A program made the position numbers and the translations under genes. Positions 52,641 to 64,000 of a stretch of DNA of 64,000 nucleotides are shown one piece after another. The notes under the pieces were generated by a model. It did not search any database, was not told where the DNA came from, and worked only from the letters and a program-made list of their open reading frames with translations. This DNA comes from Vicugna vicugna. Taxonomy: Eukaryota. The stretch covers positions 1,180,001 to 1,244,000 of the forward strand of contig MU058153.1 in NCBI GenBank assembly GCA_013265495.1, read 5' to 3'. Each line of letters begins with the position of its first letter. Within the stretch, counting starts at the first letter, position 1.

Positions 52641-53659
52641 GTTTGATGAAGGTTTTCACAACCGAATCTTGGGGCAGTAGGGAAGAGAGTAGAAACTACG
52701 TCCTTTGGCCACGTTCCCGCTGGCTGTTGAGGGAGATGAATAGTTTAGATTTTTAGCAACTTGCTGAATCTGATTGTTTACAGCTTTATTCATTAGGAGC
52801 TATTTTACTCATCAGAGGGAATCGGCATGTAATGAAATAGGCTAATTCAGTTTACTGAAACTGTACGAAGAGCGTATAAAGACAAATCTTCATGTAGTAG
52901 TTTAAGATTTTTGCTCAGATGAAAAGCCACACAGCTGCTTAGGGTCTGCTCTGGCTCTTGAGTTCTCAAAGAAACTGGAAAGGCGAAAAAAAACTACCCT
53001 ACCCAGAAAAGCCACGGAGGTGGAGTGCGTACTTAGCCTTCTACTTCATCTCATCATTACATGTTGAATTAACTTGAATTAACTGAAGTAACTGGTACCA
53101 TTAAGCCCAGTTTAAAAAAAAATTAGAGACACTAAATGCAAGTGAAAATGAAGAATGCAGTGAATGCACACTTACTTTTCTGAACAGAGAACGTTTCTAA
53201 CTTACATATAGTTTAAGCTCTGAAAGTTCAGTCTACATCTGTGGTTTGAACCTTGAGTGTAGCTATCCACTGTACAACAGTATGTTAAAATGAGGTTTCC
53301 AAGAAACTTACAAGAGAGAATAGATGCAAGATTCCAGGGCCAAGGAGCCATGTGTAGATTTTCAAAGGAATTTAGGGAAAACCAGTCAGGCCTCTTGGAA
53401 TCTTCCAACCAGATAAAGTATAGTAAAAGGGGTCAGAATGTGAGGAAAAGAAGGATTTGGAAATAAGATTTCTTTAAAGGGAGCTGGTCGTAGGGCTTTG
53501 AGTTCCCACTTCCTCTTTGAGAGGAGAGTATGGATTTGTGCTTTCCCTTTCCAAAACTAGGGAAGTGGATTTCAAGAGGATCCTCCAGACAGTACTTCCA
53601 GAAGTGTGCTTCCTGCATTTGGGGGCTGATGTCTGACTTACACTTAGGAAAGCTGAAGT

Positions 53660-54490
53660 CAGCTCTGGGGTGGGGTTTGACTTCTAGCCAAGAAATGTAG
53701 AAGGTAAAAGAAAGGCTGTTGGTTTGGCAGTAGAACCAAAAGAAAGCCCCCCATTGAGGTAGGTGTTCATTCCCAGAGTTCATGGGGCACAGGTATGTAT
53801 GAGTGCCCATAGTGGGCCACAGCCCCAAAGAGGTTGTCTTGGACATTGTTCAGTAGAACTACATAGAAAAGTGAGACCTGGGTAGAAAGGGACAAGAGAT
53901 GGGGAAGAAATAAAGAGACACAAGGTAGTAGATGACAAGTACATTTGTTCAGGCTGAGGTAGCTGCAGGAGGTGAGAAGTCAACAGTCAAACTCAAGAAG
54001 CCAATGGAAATCTCTGTATCAGAGAAAACATAAACCAGGCCCACCCATGGTCCCCAGATTTAACCACCTGCCTCACAAAAGAACCAAAAACCATCACCAA
54101 ATAAGAACTGACATTTGTCCTTACCTGTTTTCCTCCCCTCTGTCTACTCCTCACAGTACCCAGATTTGACCTGATCCACTTAAATCAGCCGTTAGAAAGG
54201 AGAGGAAGAGGTAGGAGTGCACAGGAGAAAATAATGCTCGTCCTTTCACCCAGTACAGGACGTGAGCCCAAGGCTGGCCCAGGCTGAAGGAAAAGAAAAA
54301 ATTATGCTAACTCAAATGTGAAGTTTTGATTAACAGTTAGGACTGAAAATGCTAACACTGTGACTTAAAGTGGACCTAGGACTCTGATTATCTAAGAGGG
54401 AGCCAGAAAAGTCACGGCCCTTGTCATGCTTTTGTCCAGAGAAAGGGGACATTTATGTCCTCTAAATAAAACATAAGATGTCAATGGGAA
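53660..54490 (+). mobile_element. Probable ancient Gypsy-type LTR (MamGypLTR1-like)
   Basis: 3' part 'gaagttttgattaacagttaggactg...tgtgacttaaagtggacctaggact...atctaagagggagccagaaaagtcacgg' matches my recollection of MamGypLTR1. Boundaries are uncertain. Confidence 0.5.
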
Positions 54491-54689
54491 ATGTTTTGCT
54501 AAGGATGCATTCTAGACAGTCCAACAAACAAGTAGCATAGAAAAATGAGCATGAAATTATAATTTAATATTAATTTTAGCCAAAAATAGTAATACCAATG
54601 CATACTGTAGCTGAAATATCCTGGAGTCCTGGGGATATATTTTCCTTCTCCAGGTTCATTTCTGCCTAATCTCAAACCTTGAGTCTTTG

Positions 54690-55617
54690 GGCAGGGGACC
54701 TGAATAGACATATAGATGAACAATACACACATAAAAAGATGCTTAACATCACCAATCATGAGAGAAATGTATATCAAAACTTCATGGAAATATCATATCA
54801 CACTTGTCACAATGGCTGTTGTCAAAAAGATAAGAAATAACAAGTGTTAGCAAGTATGTAGGAAAAAAGGAACCCTTGTGCACTGTTGGTGGGGTTGTAA
54901 GTTTGTGCAGCCACTATGGAAAATGGTATGGAGGTTCCTCAAAAATTAAAAATAGAACCATGTAATCCAGCAATTCCAATTCTGACTATTAAGCTGAAGA
55001 ACACAAAACATTAATTTGAAAAGATATATGCACCCCACTGTTCTCTGCAGCATTATTTACAATAGCCAAGACATGAAAGCAATCTAAGTGTTCATCAATA
55101 GATGAACGGATAAAGAAGATATGGTGTATATACACCATGGAGTATCACTCAGCCATAAAAAATGAAATTTTGCCATTTGTGACAACATCGATGGATCTAG
55201 AGGGTATTATGCTAAGTGAAATAAATCAGACAGAGAAAGACAAATAACATATAATTTCACTTATATATGGAATCTAAAAAACAAAACAAAAGAACAATCA
55301 ATATCAAAACAGAAACAGACTCATAGATGTGGAGAACAAACCAGTGGTTGCCAGAGGGAAGGGATGTGGGGGAATGTGCAAAATGGGTGAAGGGGACTCA
55401 GAGGTACAAACGTCTAGTTGTAAAAGAAGGAAGTCACAGGAATGTAATGTACCGCTTAGGGAATATGCTCAACAATATGATAATAACCTTGTATGGTAGC
55501 AGAGAGTAACCAGACTCATAGTGGTGATCACTTCGTAATAGATAGAGATGGCGAATCACTATACATATACCTAAAACTAACATGATAGTGTAAGTCAACT
55601 GCACTTCAGTTTTTAAA
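54690..55617 (+). mobile_element. L1 3' end (L1MA9/Laurasiatherian-type)
   Basis: 'ggaacccttgtgcactgttggtgg...gcagccactatggaaaatggtatggaggttcctcaaaaattaaaaatagaac', 3'UTR 'agaggtacaaac...gtggtgatcacttcgtaat...gtcaactgcacttca'. Confidence 0.9.
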
Positions 55618-56297
55618 TAGTGTCTTGGGTCTTGAGCCTTCCCTCCACTCAACTAAGAATCTCATGTATAGATTCAAAGTCATTAGAAACTGAGATCTAA
55701 GCCCTTGATAGTCTTCAATTCTGCCCACTTGGTCCTTGACACATTGTTTATCAAACCTCATATACATGGAAACTAAGGACAGACAATTATGACTCTCTCC
55801 CCATAGTCTCTTCAATGGCATCAAATTTATCCTCATCACATGCTTTACCCCTTCCCCATGACTCTCTGTCAGGAGGATTTACATACAGAATATTTGTATT
55901 TCTTCAAACTCACAAAAGTTATATTCTTTCATTCTCCCACCTTTTCATCCATTTATCCATGTATTAATTATTCGCTTCATGTGTACAGTGTGTTTTCAAC
56001 ATGCCAGATGGTAAAAGTTAAATGGGAAAAATGTTTTTATAATATGCTAAATGGGAAATATTAAATCTTAGAATGATGGCCAAAAATAATAGATGTTTGT
56101 CACCCATCTTTATCATTTAAATAGACAAATAGATGAGGAAGAAGATTAATAGTGACAATTTCATTGGAGAAGGTTATTGAAAGTCTATGCATGTCTCCTC
56201 CACAAGAGGCCAGGATTTGCTGCCAGAGAATCTCTGAAGTGAGTTGATAGGTAGTTAGCTAGGAAGTATACTGAACCATGGAATGTAAAAAATCCAT

Positions 56298-56663
56298 TAA
56301 AATAGACTAAATATTTGTGTCACCTCCAACTAAACATGTTGAGATCCTAACCCCCAACGTGGTAGTATTAGGAGATGAGGCGTTTGGGGAGGTAGTTGGA
56401 TCATGAGGGTGGAACCCTCGTGAATGGGACTGGTGCCCTTATGAAAGGGACCTTACAGTGTTGTCATGTTCTCTTTCTGCTGTGTGACGACACGGTGAGA
56501 AGATGGCCATGTATGAACCAGGAAGTGGGCTCTCATGAGACACTGAATTCTCAATGCCTTGATCATGGACTTCCTAGCCTCCAGAACTGTGAAAAATAAA
56601 ATGTTTGTCCTAAAACTACCCATTAATAGTACTCTGTTATGGCAGCCTAAACTGACTAAGGCA
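56298..56663 (+). mobile_element. MaLR solo LTR, MLT1A-like
   Basis: 'atgttgagatcctaaccccc...ggatcatgagggtggaaccctcgtgaatgggactggtgcccttat...ggacttcctagcctccagaactgtga...gactaaggca'. Confidence 0.9.
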
Positions 56664-56849
56664 GCCACACAACATCACAAAAGAGCCCACGGAGCTTCTT
56701 ATGAGAGAAAAAGCCAGGATCTGGACACCCACTTTTTCAAGGACGTCAAATCCAAATTACAACCGCACCCATGCAGGAAGGCTTTTTTAACCCCCTTTCC
56801 CTCTAATTTTCATTCTCAGATTAGCCTAATCCTTGTTGAGTGAACACAG

Positions 56850-57150
56850 TGGAAACAAACTCACAGACATAGAAAACAAACTTATGGTTACCGGAAGGGA
56901 AAGGGGATGAGAAGGGATAAATTGGAAGTTCGAGATGTGCAGATACTAACTACTACATAAAATAAACAAACAACAGCTTTATACTGTACAGCACTTTGTT
57001 CAATGTCTTAGTAACCTATAATGAAAAACAGTATGAAAAGGAATATATGTATGTATATGTATGACTGAAACATCATGCTGTGCACCAGAAATTGACACAA
57101 CATTGTACACTGACTATATGTCAATGAAAAAAAAAAGAACATATAAAAAG
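56850..57150 (+). mobile_element. Young lineage-specific L1 3' end
   Basis: 'gaaacaaactcacagacatagaaaacaaacttatggttacc...gagatgtgcagatactaac...ctgtgcaccagaaattgacacaacattgta' + poly(A). Confidence 0.9.
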
Positions 57151-57474
57151 AAATGTGAGAGTGTGGTTAAATGGTGGTTCACAGAAGAGGGGAGACACAG
57201 AACATGCTCATTTAACTCCTTCAGTCTTTCAGATCTGGGTCTTGCCAAAGATTGTGACGTGAAGTGGAGAAATTTAAATGGAATAAAAGATTGAAGTTTT
57301 GGTATTAGATCGCATTAGGCTTTTTAATACCCGAGAATGGGCTGAAGAAGTACAATAAAATTCTTTCAGGATGTCACAGTAACCAGTTCAGCATTTTTAG
57401 CAAATCCGTTGTCCACTATAATAAGAAGTTCAATGTCTATAAAGACAAAGGGACAGTACATAAACCATTAAAAT

Positions 57475-57780
57475 GCAATTCATTTATTCAACCAATATTT
57501 ATTGACCATGTACTATGTGCTAGGCATTGTTCCAGGTGCTGGGAACGTCGCCATGACTACTGTGCTAGATGCTTTGATACGGGTTTACATAAAGGTGCTT
57601 TGAAATTGAAGAAGCTGTTAGTTCTGTCCTGAGGTTTGAGGGAAGACTTCATTGAGATAATATTTTTATATACCTTGACACAAGCAGAAGTTTGCCAAGG
57701 TGGGAACTACAAGGTAGCAGACATAGTGGGTGCAGAGGGAGAAAGAGGAAAGGTTGAAACAGCCTGAAAGCCATGCGCTA
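57475..57780 (-). mobile_element. L2 3' end
   Basis: 'attcatttattcaaccaatatttattgaccatgtactatgtgctaggcattgttccaggtgctgggaa'. Confidence 0.8.
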
Positions 57781-58549
57781 AGGGTCAGCGTGGTGTCTTG
57801 GGGAAAGCATGGGTGTTGAGTTCAACAGAACTTAAGTTTGCATCTAAGTAATATCTTAGTAGCTGAGTAACAGCTGACAATAGTATTAGCCTCTCTGTGC
57901 CACGTTTTCATACCTCTTAAGTTTCTCTCAAGCGTTAGCGATAATGAATAAGACAGCCTCATGGGATGTCAGTCTCATGCCTCCTCAAGTTTCAGGTCGC
58001 TGTGCTGACACCCCTCGATAGGTCTGAAGCTCTCAAGGATGTGGGTGGGGTTCTGATCCCTCCAAATGTTCATTTTGCTAAAGTCGGGGAGAGTGCGTCT
58101 GGGGACATATTTTTGCCTATTGGGGAAGATCTTCCATCGGGAAAGTCTCCTTTTTTTTTTTTTTTTCCCTAAATGGGAATTGTTTCCCTGTATTTTCGAT
58201 GACGGAGAGAATAGCCAAGCAGAGAAGCAAACCAAGTCGCGGTTAAGGAGTGAAGGGTGTCCTAGATCGTTCATAAGCTGAATCATAAAGCAGAGCTCCA
58301 CGTGGGCAGAGATGCATGTGCACATGTAACTAATCATCAGTGTTGTTATTCAACAACGGATAATACCTGTCACTGTCTGGATTATGTATTCTGGATTTTT
58401 TTTTCTCTTTTAATAATTAGCATGTCTCCAGTCTGGTTTTCTTCATTTGATAGTTTTTGTGTCTATGTACATTCATATGTACATACACTTCACTGAGCAT
58501 AAACTACATACAAAATCTGAGTGTTGTTTTTATATAAATTATCAAGTAC

Positions 58550-58711
58550 TGATGCTATTCAGTGTGTGGCCTGTGAACCAGCAGCGTGGGCATCTTCAAG
58601 AACTTTTTTTTAGAAAGGCAGAATCCCAGGCCCCACTCTAAATCTACGGAATCAGAATTTGCATTTTGACAAGATCCCTGGGTGATTCACGTTAAAGTTT
58701 GAGAAACATTG
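58550..58711. mobile_element. hAT-Charlie MITE, MER5A1-like
   Basis: 'gcagaatcccaggccccac...gaatcagaatttgcattttgacaagatccctgggtgattc...ttaaagtttgagaaacattg'. Confidence 0.85.
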
Positions 58712-58809
58712 ACGTATATGGTATATTTAGTTCTGTATCCTACTTTGTCACTTACAAAAACTGAGAAGTTTTTAACTTTTCCATATTCTCCATTCATTTT
58801 TTTTTCTAG

Positions 58810-58980
58810 ATATTTTATCTTATTTAGTCCTCCTGATAATTTTATCAAGTTGGCATTGTGATCCATGCAGATAATGAAGTTGCTGATCAGAGAGGTTAAA
58901 TGAATGGTCCCCAGTCACATATCTGATAAATCACACACCAGTTGTTTCTGACTCCAGAAGCCACGGCCCTACCCACTGTC
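58810..58980 (-). mobile_element. MIR SINE
   Basis: 'gcagataatgaagttgctgatcagagaggttaaatgaatggtccccagtcaca...tctgactccagaagcc'. Confidence 0.7.
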
Positions 58981-61900
58981 AATTACTGCTCCTTTGTTTG
59001 AACCACTCTTTTATTATAGGCATTTCCACCCGATTCTCAGAATTGTATACTAATACGTGAGAATCTGGACCTGGGCCCACCGTGGAACAACCAACACTCC
59101 CTTCTCTTTGCTTTCCACCCATCACCCCGGGCCTGGGTCTCACTACGCTGCTTCCCTTTCTCTCCATGGAAGGAGTTTCAGAGACCAATCCTCTTGCTGG
59201 TTCCAGGGCCCGTGCCCTCAGTGGACCCACTCATTCCGCCCTCCATGTATTTCCTTGACTTCTATTCAGATAGGTTCTTGTCCTCTCAACATGCTTATAT
59301 GATGATAATATTTATATCATTATGTATTATTTCCATCATCATCATTCTATTGGGTAGAAATTGAAAAGATCTTTTTGTGGTTCTTTGTTGATCTTGAGTG
59401 TATGGAAGCATGTGAAAATCAATCACATAAAGGCAAATATCTAGTTTATTTTCTACTCGTAAAAGGAATCATGGACCGAGGGGGATTCAGTCTTTCCAGT
59501 GGTCAATGACGTGGCCATTTTAATCAGAAGCCACTCTAGACATCAGACGTAGAGTGTGCTGGTTGCTGGTTCCATCCAGTCATATGACCCTCACTGAATG
59601 GGATGCTTAAAAATGCAGATGCATTTTCTGACTGTCAGAATGTTTTCCTAGTGGCCATGTGGAGGTTGTATAAGTTCATTCAAGGGTTTGACAGGTTATT
59701 TCTTTGGAAAGCAGAGCCAGGACATAATGTTCACCTAAGTACTGTCAGTTTGGGCATCAAACGTGCATGGTTTATGCCAATACTGACATCTCATTCTCTT
59801 CTCCTCTCTCCAGCAGAGAGACTCGTCTGCCAAGCCAGCTGAAAACAGTGCCTTCAGTTGTGCCTGGTAGCTGTTAACTCCTCTGAGGCACATGGTGATT
59901 TCTGAGTCCTTAGTCACAGTAGCTCCACCTAGCCCCAAATTAATAATGTAGAATTAAAACTCCGCAGATCACATGGGCAGAGGGAAGGAAGAATTCTAAC
60001 TTTCTGTTGTCTCAAAGTTTTCATTTTTGTTTAAATACATTTGTTTAAACACTCTAGAGAGTGATTGGCCTTTCCCATAATCATTTAATTCTAAAGGCTA
60101 TTTTTTTCACTAAATCCCACTTTGCCCAGTAGCTATGTTCCAAAGCCACCCTGTATATATGAATGTCAAATGAGTAGCATCATATTATAAACATCTCTGA
60201 GGGATTTAATTACACTAAGACATTATCATCATTGTTCTTGACATCACCGTAATCTCTGCAACACCTGTTTCATTGTAAACATTTTGCATTTATTCTGAGT
60301 CAGTCCTTACCACAACATTACTAAGTAGCCATGATCACCATTCTTCTTATGAGAAAACCAAGGGCTGAACAGATTAGTTTTATCTTCCAAGGCCATAAAA
60401 TCCAGGAGGGGATAGTATTTTTATCAAGTTTTGCAAGTTCTATGAACTAAGTACTTTCCTTCTCATCATAGTGATTTTTGATACTGACATTTTTAAAAAA
60501 TTGTTTGTAAAATGAATAACTGGGTATATTATAAAATATTACTCAAAAATGCAAGAAATATGCTCTTTTAAAAAATTTTGTAACATTCATGGGCAGTGGA
60601 AGTAGTATGGGAGGAAGGGCAGACAAAAATATTTTTAATTTGGGTGCTACATTTAGAAGCTTCCCTAGAATTCACAGAGCCCAGTTCTTTTGCAATATAG
60701 GTTCCAAGTTTGTTGGTTGAGAGAGGTTAATTCATTTGCCTAATTCCGGGTGTTATTCAGGAGTCAGCTCCAGGGCCAGCACACAATCATTCTGACTCAT
60801 GGTACAAAGGTGGAACAGCCAAAATGCCTTGCATTTGAACTCCCTACTAGGTGGTCTCCATAACCACTCAAATAATGGCTTGCTGGAAAAAAGCTTAGTC
60901 TTGCTGGGGGAAAAAAAAACGATTAATCATGCAGACAACGTTTCTATTTTGTTTTGTCAGTTAATTTTAAGTGAAATTTAGAGAAGTACTAAAAGGCTAA
61001 TGCACTTTTATTATAGATACATTTTCTCACACCATAAAATGAAAGCGAGAAATAATGTCTATAAATAAAAATTTTATCTTTAGATGTTCTTTTAAGGTTT
61101 TGTACTCAGTTTTCATAAGAATTGAAATCTTTACTCCACTGCTTGAAAAAAGATTGTCCTGTGGACTTGTATCTAACATCTAATCCCTTGATTTTCATTT
61201 CTCAAACACCTCAGGGAGAGGAGGGGCCAAATACAGATAGAGACTGTTGATGATTTCTGATTGGATAAGCCCAGGTGGCTAAGAGCACAAAACAAGTCTG
61301 GATGGGGTCCAGGGTCAGCTACTGCGCAGAGGGAGTCATGTAGTCATGGCCCTTCAACCACCTAGAAATCCAGCAGTGAGGTTTGTGATACAGTTGTAAT
61401 GTCTTATGCAGAGCAGGACTTGGCTCCCACAAAATCAAGGGTGCCCTTTCTTTTCTAGCTCCATCATTTTGAACTTTTTTTTTTTAAGTTTTGCAAGTAT
61501 CAAAGATTTCCCCTCACTTTCACCTTTAAGGGGGAATATGCCTTGGAGATGTTAAAATATCAGTGAATTACTTGCTAAACTTTTAGTCAATACACTCTTT
61601 CTCCTTAAGGGGGATAATTCATCCATTTTGACAATTTGGAACAATGCAGCTTAACCACACTTCTCTTCTTTTCCTCTCCATCCTCCTCTGTTCCCCACCT
61701 CTTTTTCAAATTAGTGGTTCCAGAGCAAGACTTGAACAACAAACGGGGAGTGAGAGGCATGACAGTCCTTAGGAGCCATGAGAGGACACCAAGATCAATG
61801 CAATTTGTTTAGCACTTAAGTCTCCAAGACAACAGCCATCAATTACTAGAGCATTTACATAAGTTATTTTGGAATGGTCAGATTCTGAGCTTTTGGGATC

Positions 61901-63269
61901 TTCTAGTGAATTCAAACATAATTCAAAACATATGAATTCATATGACCTTACTCTCTTTCAGTCACAATTTCTCACCTTGAGGCAGAGGGTGATTGGATGA
62001 ATGTGGACTCCAGCTCTCACACACATAAAAACACTGCCTTAGAGATTCTCAAGACCCTTTCCTCTCCAGAAGAGATGCATTCTACTCATTCTCCTTGTCA
62101 CTGATGGATGTTTCTCATATCCCTCAGGTGTACATGGAGTCAGAATATTGGCTGACAACCATAAATTCAGATCCTTTTGCTTTTTTCCGGTACGTTCTTT
62201 CCTCCAAGTCTCAAGGATTGTGAACTTGTGGATCTGGTGAAAATAAAGAACATGGAAGAGCTTTGGCCACAATCTATGTGAAGTATCAAAATGATAATAT
62301 TTCTGTTCATGTGGTTATTTATAAAAGTTTGTGATCAGGCCAAAGACAGCTCCTAGGAGGACATTACATCCATGTCTGTAGAACTGTATAACCCAATATA
62401 GAATAATTTATTTAGATCTGAGAGGTAAAAATGGAGTCATATTTTTCTTCCTTCTCTTCTTTGTTCTATGCTTGTCATTATTTATGATGTATTTATTGAG
62501 AACTTTAATACAAACTATGTCCCAAGTTCTGTGTTTTCCAATACAATGCGTGCACCATTACTGGAAATCAAATCCATTTCCGTACAGAATCTGAAAGATT
62601 ATTTCACCCAGTTTGTGAAATGAAGTGCTGCCTAGCAACGACAAGTGAATGATGACAGGCAAAAGCTTCCTGACTTGATGTGGTCCTATATTCTGTCATC
62701 ATAAGTGATCTTTCAGGATTTTCATGGTCATCCTCTCCTTCCTACACATGTTTTGAAAGCATCTTTCTGAATCTTGAGCTTTCTCTTTGGGAAGGAATTC
62801 AACATGTAATAGCTTAACTCAGGGCAATTTCTTTCAACTCTTCACGGTTTTATCATATATGATTCAGTGAATGACATAAGTGTCATTTCTGAGACACTGG
62901 TGTATTACTCAAAGTATACTTGTTTGGGTATGACATGTTTCTCCATCAGTGAGCTCTATGGCATTTTTCAAAGATGTGGGGATTCAGGCAAGGTATTTGG
63001 TCATGGTGAAACAAACAAACTTGTATTACTGTCTTTTTTTCTAACCATTTTGATCTTTCTCGCTTCATGCACACAAAGAAAAGTGCTATTTGGGTTTATA
63101 AATATTTGTAGAAGTACATTTAACCTGAACTTTGAAATCTCCATTAAGCTTCGAAGTAAAATGCACATTATTTACTCAGATAATCTGTAGAGTACAACAA
63201 GCAGGCATTCCATTCCAGGGTTAGAATAGCACTCTTATTTAACTGCCCAACCCATTTATTATATTAATA

Positions 63270-63490
63270 ATATTAATTCACTAGGCCTTGTGCTGAGCTT
63301 TATTATGTGTATTCTTAATCGCCCCAGACAGCCTGTGGGAGAGGTACTATCATTTTCTCTAATTTACATATGAAAAATTAAAGATTAACAAGGTTTAAAA
63401 TAATGAGCAAGCAACAGAATTAGGATTCAAACACAGGGAGTCTGATTGCAGATTCCTTGAATTTATTTACAGAGCTAAACTACTTTATAC
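63270..63490 (-). mobile_element. MIR SINE
   Basis: 'cagacagcctgtgggagaggtactatcatt...aatttacatatgaaaaatta...taggattcaaacacagggagtctgat'. Confidence 0.7.
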
Positions 63491-64000
63491 AAGTTTGCTG
63501 TAGAGTATCCAAAAAAAAAAAAAAGATGTGTAGTACCTACTCAGCAACTCTTTACTATTTTAAAATTAGAAGGAATAGTGCTAATTGTCCCAGAAAAGCA
63601 GAGATCCCCACCTCAGATATCGTTAATTTATCATCCTCTTTACTAATGCGTATCATATACAAGCTGATTGTACCTATGTATGTGGTGCCATCTTGAATTG
63701 CTGTTTCTGCTTGCTAGATATATGACCAACGTCTCAATTATTTTACATGTAAAAGAGGATCATAGAAAACTCCATTTGCATAAATGAGATGACTTATGCC
63801 AATTCCCTAATGTGGCGCCCAATATAAAAATGTCAACATGCATTAATTCCTTTTCCTCAGACATAATCACCATGCTCTAGCTTGAGTTGCAAGTTTCTAG
63901 AAATATTCATCAGGCATTTTCTAAAAAAACATATTTCAAAATGTGACTTGTTTTCTGATTTTAAAAGCAATGCATGTCCTTTGTAGACTATTTGAAAATT

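Noticed and set aside
59790..59870. Strong + strand polypyrimidine acceptor followed by short open frames
   Set aside because: Weak donor (CTG|GTAGCT) and no recognisable peptide.
61929..61944. 16-bp perfect palindrome catatgaattcatatg
   Set aside because: About one such palindrome is expected by chance in a window this size.
62039..62272. Minus ORF with strong acceptor (ttctttattttcaccag)
   Set aside because: No convincing donor and no recognisable protein.
1..64000. Prokaryotic-style systems (CRISPR arrays, operons, defence islands)
   Set aside because: The sequence is mammalian, with no long ORFs, regularly spaced repeats or gene clusters.

Overview
AT-rich, CpG-poor mammalian genomic DNA, most likely camelid. 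The assignment rests on four copies of a tRNA-Ala-derived vic-1-type SINE and several young LINE-1 3' ends. I could not recognise any host protein-coding exon, RNA gene or CpG island, so the window reads as intronic or intergenic. It is dominated by interspersed repeats: MIR, L2, old and young L1, MaLR LTRs, hAT MITEs, a probable Gypsy-type LTR, and a degraded two-LTR ERVL provirus that keeps gag and dUTPase remnants but lacks pol. The most interesting observations concern transposition mechanism: (i) a TSD-flanked, apparently twin-primed L1 insertion made only of an inverted RT fragment plus poly(A), (ii) a probable gene-conversion tract shared by two L1 copies 9.5 kb apart, and (iii) the ERVL provirus. 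I found no convincing novel multi-gene system. Repeat family names are recalled from consensus sequences, not searched, and boundaries of old repeats are approximate.
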